From the NCBI GenBank assembly GCA_900088475.1, contig FLMG01000529.1, positions 39,305-103,304 of the forward strand: DNA of 64,000 bases, given 5' to 3'. The DNA is from Hyphochytrium catenoides. Its lineage: Eukaryota; Protista; Hyphochytriomycota. Positions 61,329-64,000 of this stretch are shown one piece after another (positions within the stretch are counted from its first letter, which is position 1; each line of letters starts with the position of its first letter). The position numbers and the translations under genes are program-made. Under the pieces are notes generated by a model. It worked only from the letters and a program-made list of their open reading frames with translations, was not told the origin of the DNA and did not search any database.

Positions 61329-64000
61329 TAGAGTCGTGCACCACCCCTTAAAGTCGTGATCTACACGACTTTAAGAACTCCGCAGATTGCTTATTCTCGT
61401 GCACATAGTTCTCCCTAATAAAAGACTCCATGTGGAGTTTTGCGCCTTGGGTAAGGCTCCTTAGGCTGTAAAGGCTCCAAAAACAGCACTCTTTGCTCTC
61501 ACCCAACAAAAAACTCCAAGATCTCAATGAAGATCTGATCTCATCACGATCTCATTGTCTCCGGTTGCTTGCTCGTCACAAACAGCTCACCCGGATCGCT
61601 CATAACTACTTCATAGTGGTGCCAACATGGCTCCTCGTCGTAATAGACAGCAGCAACAACGCAATTACGAGTGGAGGGACACTTACGCTGACGAGTACGG
61701 CCTGAAGGTTGTTGCAAGAAATGAGAGAACTTCCAGGGTTGAAAGCGTCGCTTGTCGCTTTTGCGTTGCTTTTGGTCGTGAAGAGGCTAAGGCTGCAGGG
61801 GAAGAGATAGAAGGAGAAGAAGGAATTGATGATGGCAGCAGCAGAAGAGCCGCCGACGGCTCCTCCGGCGGCATCAACGACGAAAGTAACGTGGGGTCCA
61901 TTAACGATGTCATTGACGACGATGGCAGCAGGAGAAGAAAAAAGCAGCCCCGAAAGCGTACCACTCATCATAAGCTGTGGACCGGCCCAAGGTTCCGCAC
62001 GGACAACTTTCGGCACCACTTACACCAGCAGCATCCTTCCCGGTGGGAGGAATATCAAGAGCTCCGTAGGAACTATATCCAAGAGCTGAATACTGCAGCC
62101 GAGGACACCTCTTCCGCACTTCCCTCACCTCTCGCTACTCGGTACCAGTCGTTTTTCAGGACCACTTTTATTCCTGCGTACATCACAATAGACACTGGAA
62201 AGGAAAAACAATCGGCGACCATCAATATAGGCAAGGAGATTGTAGAGATCATTATCCTGGGGTTGCTGTTTGACTCTGAAGAAGTTGAAGATGCTGGTGC
62301 TATTACCCAGGCGAAGTCTATATTCCAGGAGGTTTACTCCTCTTCTCCTACTAGTGAAGGGGAAGACGGGGCAAAGCCACGTTATTGCTTCTTACAACAT
62401 CAAAATCGCCAACTTGGATCAACTGCGTTATGTGCAGCGATTGCTTGGGTGTGGCTTGTCCAATACCCAGTGCTCGCACGTTGTAAGAGCATCTCGAGAG
62501 CAGCTAGGGCAGCAGCTCGCCAAAGTTGGATACGCGTCGAGGGCTGACGTAGCGAAGATTGCGCGAATCACTTGTGCGATTAGCCTAGAAATGATTGGAG
62601 AGATGATGCGTACAGCTTGGACATATTCAATTGCTCTTGATGCCTCCACTGACTCGTTTGGGGTCAGCCTACTCGATATTCGAGTCCGGATTCCTGTCAA
62701 TGGAGACATGCAGAACTTCCATTTACTGGCCGTGCCTATGTATGCAGAACACAGTGGGGAAGAAATGTTTAACTTACTTTCTGACACCATTTCGGCCTTG
62801 GATGCAAATTGGAAGGTAAAGCTCATTGGAGTGACTACAGACGGAGCAGCTTCCATGACTGGGCTACGAAAGGGCATTGTTTCCCGTATACAAGCGGTGG
62901 TTTCTAAGGGGCTAATTCGAGTCTGGTGTGGCGCTCATCAATTGGATCTTGCTTTGAAGAAGGCTATCGATCAGCTTCCAGAGAGCTTCATGACAACGTT
63001 GACGAACATGATTGGGTATCTCCGACGCCAGCAGAAGCTCATTTCGGAAATGAAGAGCAAAAGTCCATACTATATCACGGTTCGCTGGTCTTCTCTTTGG
63101 CAAGTAGCTGTGTGGTACGTAAAGAATCGTGAACGCATCAAGGCATTCCTCACCGCAAAAGGAGTGGCATGGGCTCCATCTGAGCGATGGTGGCTGACTC
63201 TTGTGATGCTTCACAAGATGCTGGAGGCTTTTCATTCAACTAGTGCTTCTTTACAAGGGACGAACCTTACCCTCAGACAACAAACAGCGAGCTTAGGAGG
63301 TCTTGTGAGTGAGTTGGCTTTGATTATTGGTGCTATTCGCGATTGTGCCGCTCCCCTTGGCTCAGCTTCTGATACGATTATCCTGGAGGGGGAAATTGAT
63401 CCTGCTACTACTGCCAGTAGAACACGAATGAAGTTTGGGCAATTCACCTTATTGCAAGATCACGCGGAGCGACATATTAAGGGGAACAGCATGCTGACAA
63501 TGGCGATGTCAGGGCGTTTGGAGCCTGACGATATGGTCGAGGTTACCAAGGACGTATCTCGCGTTTACCTTCAAGCCATGCACTCGGTGGCGGCAATTGT
63601 CTCCGAACGCGATGCGAGAAATAAAGAGAAGGCAGATGCTGCTCCTCCCATCCTGCCGCTGGCTATTGCTGCCCTCTCTCGAATTGAGTTCACGGAGTTA
63701 CTTAGCGAGCACGAGGAGAGGCTGAGGCACACTTTTCCGAGGAGCGTGGTTGATCAAGGGATAAATAACGAGTTTGAGAAGTTGGTGGGACTGATATCTC
63801 GTGACTTAGAAGTGCGATCAGCCCTGACAAAGGCTTCGGAGAGCAATCAAGGGGACTTTAGCTCGTCGTGGCGGCCTCTTGGTGCTCGCTTCCCTAATCT
63901 GCTGCGGTTCGCTGCGGGGCTGGCCACTGTGATGCCCGGAACAGCCACCGTAGAGGCTGATTTCTCCGTTATTAACTATGAGAGAGATGAATACCGCTCT
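61329..64000 (+). mobile_element. hAT-superfamily DNA transposon, right end beyond the window
   Basis: Candidate left terminus TAGAGTCGTGCA at 61329, subterminal AGTCGTG and A(A/G)(A/G)CTCC repeats, followed by a hAT transposase reading frame. Confidence 0.8.
61627..64000 (+). pseudogene. hAT transposase split by one frameshift near 62330-62390; otherwise open to the window end
   Basis: BED-like finger CRFC...FRTDNFRHHLHQQH in the first frame. In the +1 frame: YSIALDAST (D1), VTTDGAASMTG (D2), WCGAHQLDL (CxxH), TVRWSS and MPGTATVEADFS (catalytic E), with no stop from about 62372 to 64000. Confidence 0.85.

Overview
This is a gene-dense, intron-rich eukaryotic nuclear contig. Introns are mostly short (about 50-150 nt) GT-AG with CTRAC/CTRAY branch points. 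The FEN1, RPT1 and transposase sequences look stramenopile-like, which is an inference and not a database result. Because of splicing, the six-frame ORF track fragments most genes. Manual splicing gives about 18 genes, mostly alternating in strand: an orphan gene, a TMEM223-like protein, a CLC chloride channel, an organellar DEAD-box helicase, an Nnf1-like kinetochore protein, a large helical-repeat/C2 orphan, a PWI-like protein, TM9SF, a PMCA Ca2+-ATPase, methylmalonate-semialdehyde dehydrogenase, proteasome RPT1, an ABCB half-transporter, an NnrU-family protein, a GxGYxYP-family protein, a 950-aa intronless ROT/TROVE-like+TerD protein, FEN1, an RCC1-repeat protein, a lipase and a small orphan. 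The window ends inside a hAT DNA transposon whose transposase carries one frameshift. Most notable: (1) an apparent eukaryotic copy of the bacterial/phage ROT/TROVE-like+TerD protein, lying next to two other bacterial-type genes (41.9-49.0 kb); (2) a CLC channel whose gating glutamate is replaced by Met (GKMGP), visible only after splicing; (3) a nearly intact hAT element with a recognisable left end. No rRNA, tRNA or CRISPR array was found. Three short N gaps are present. Exon boundaries were derived by eye and several start codons are uncertain.
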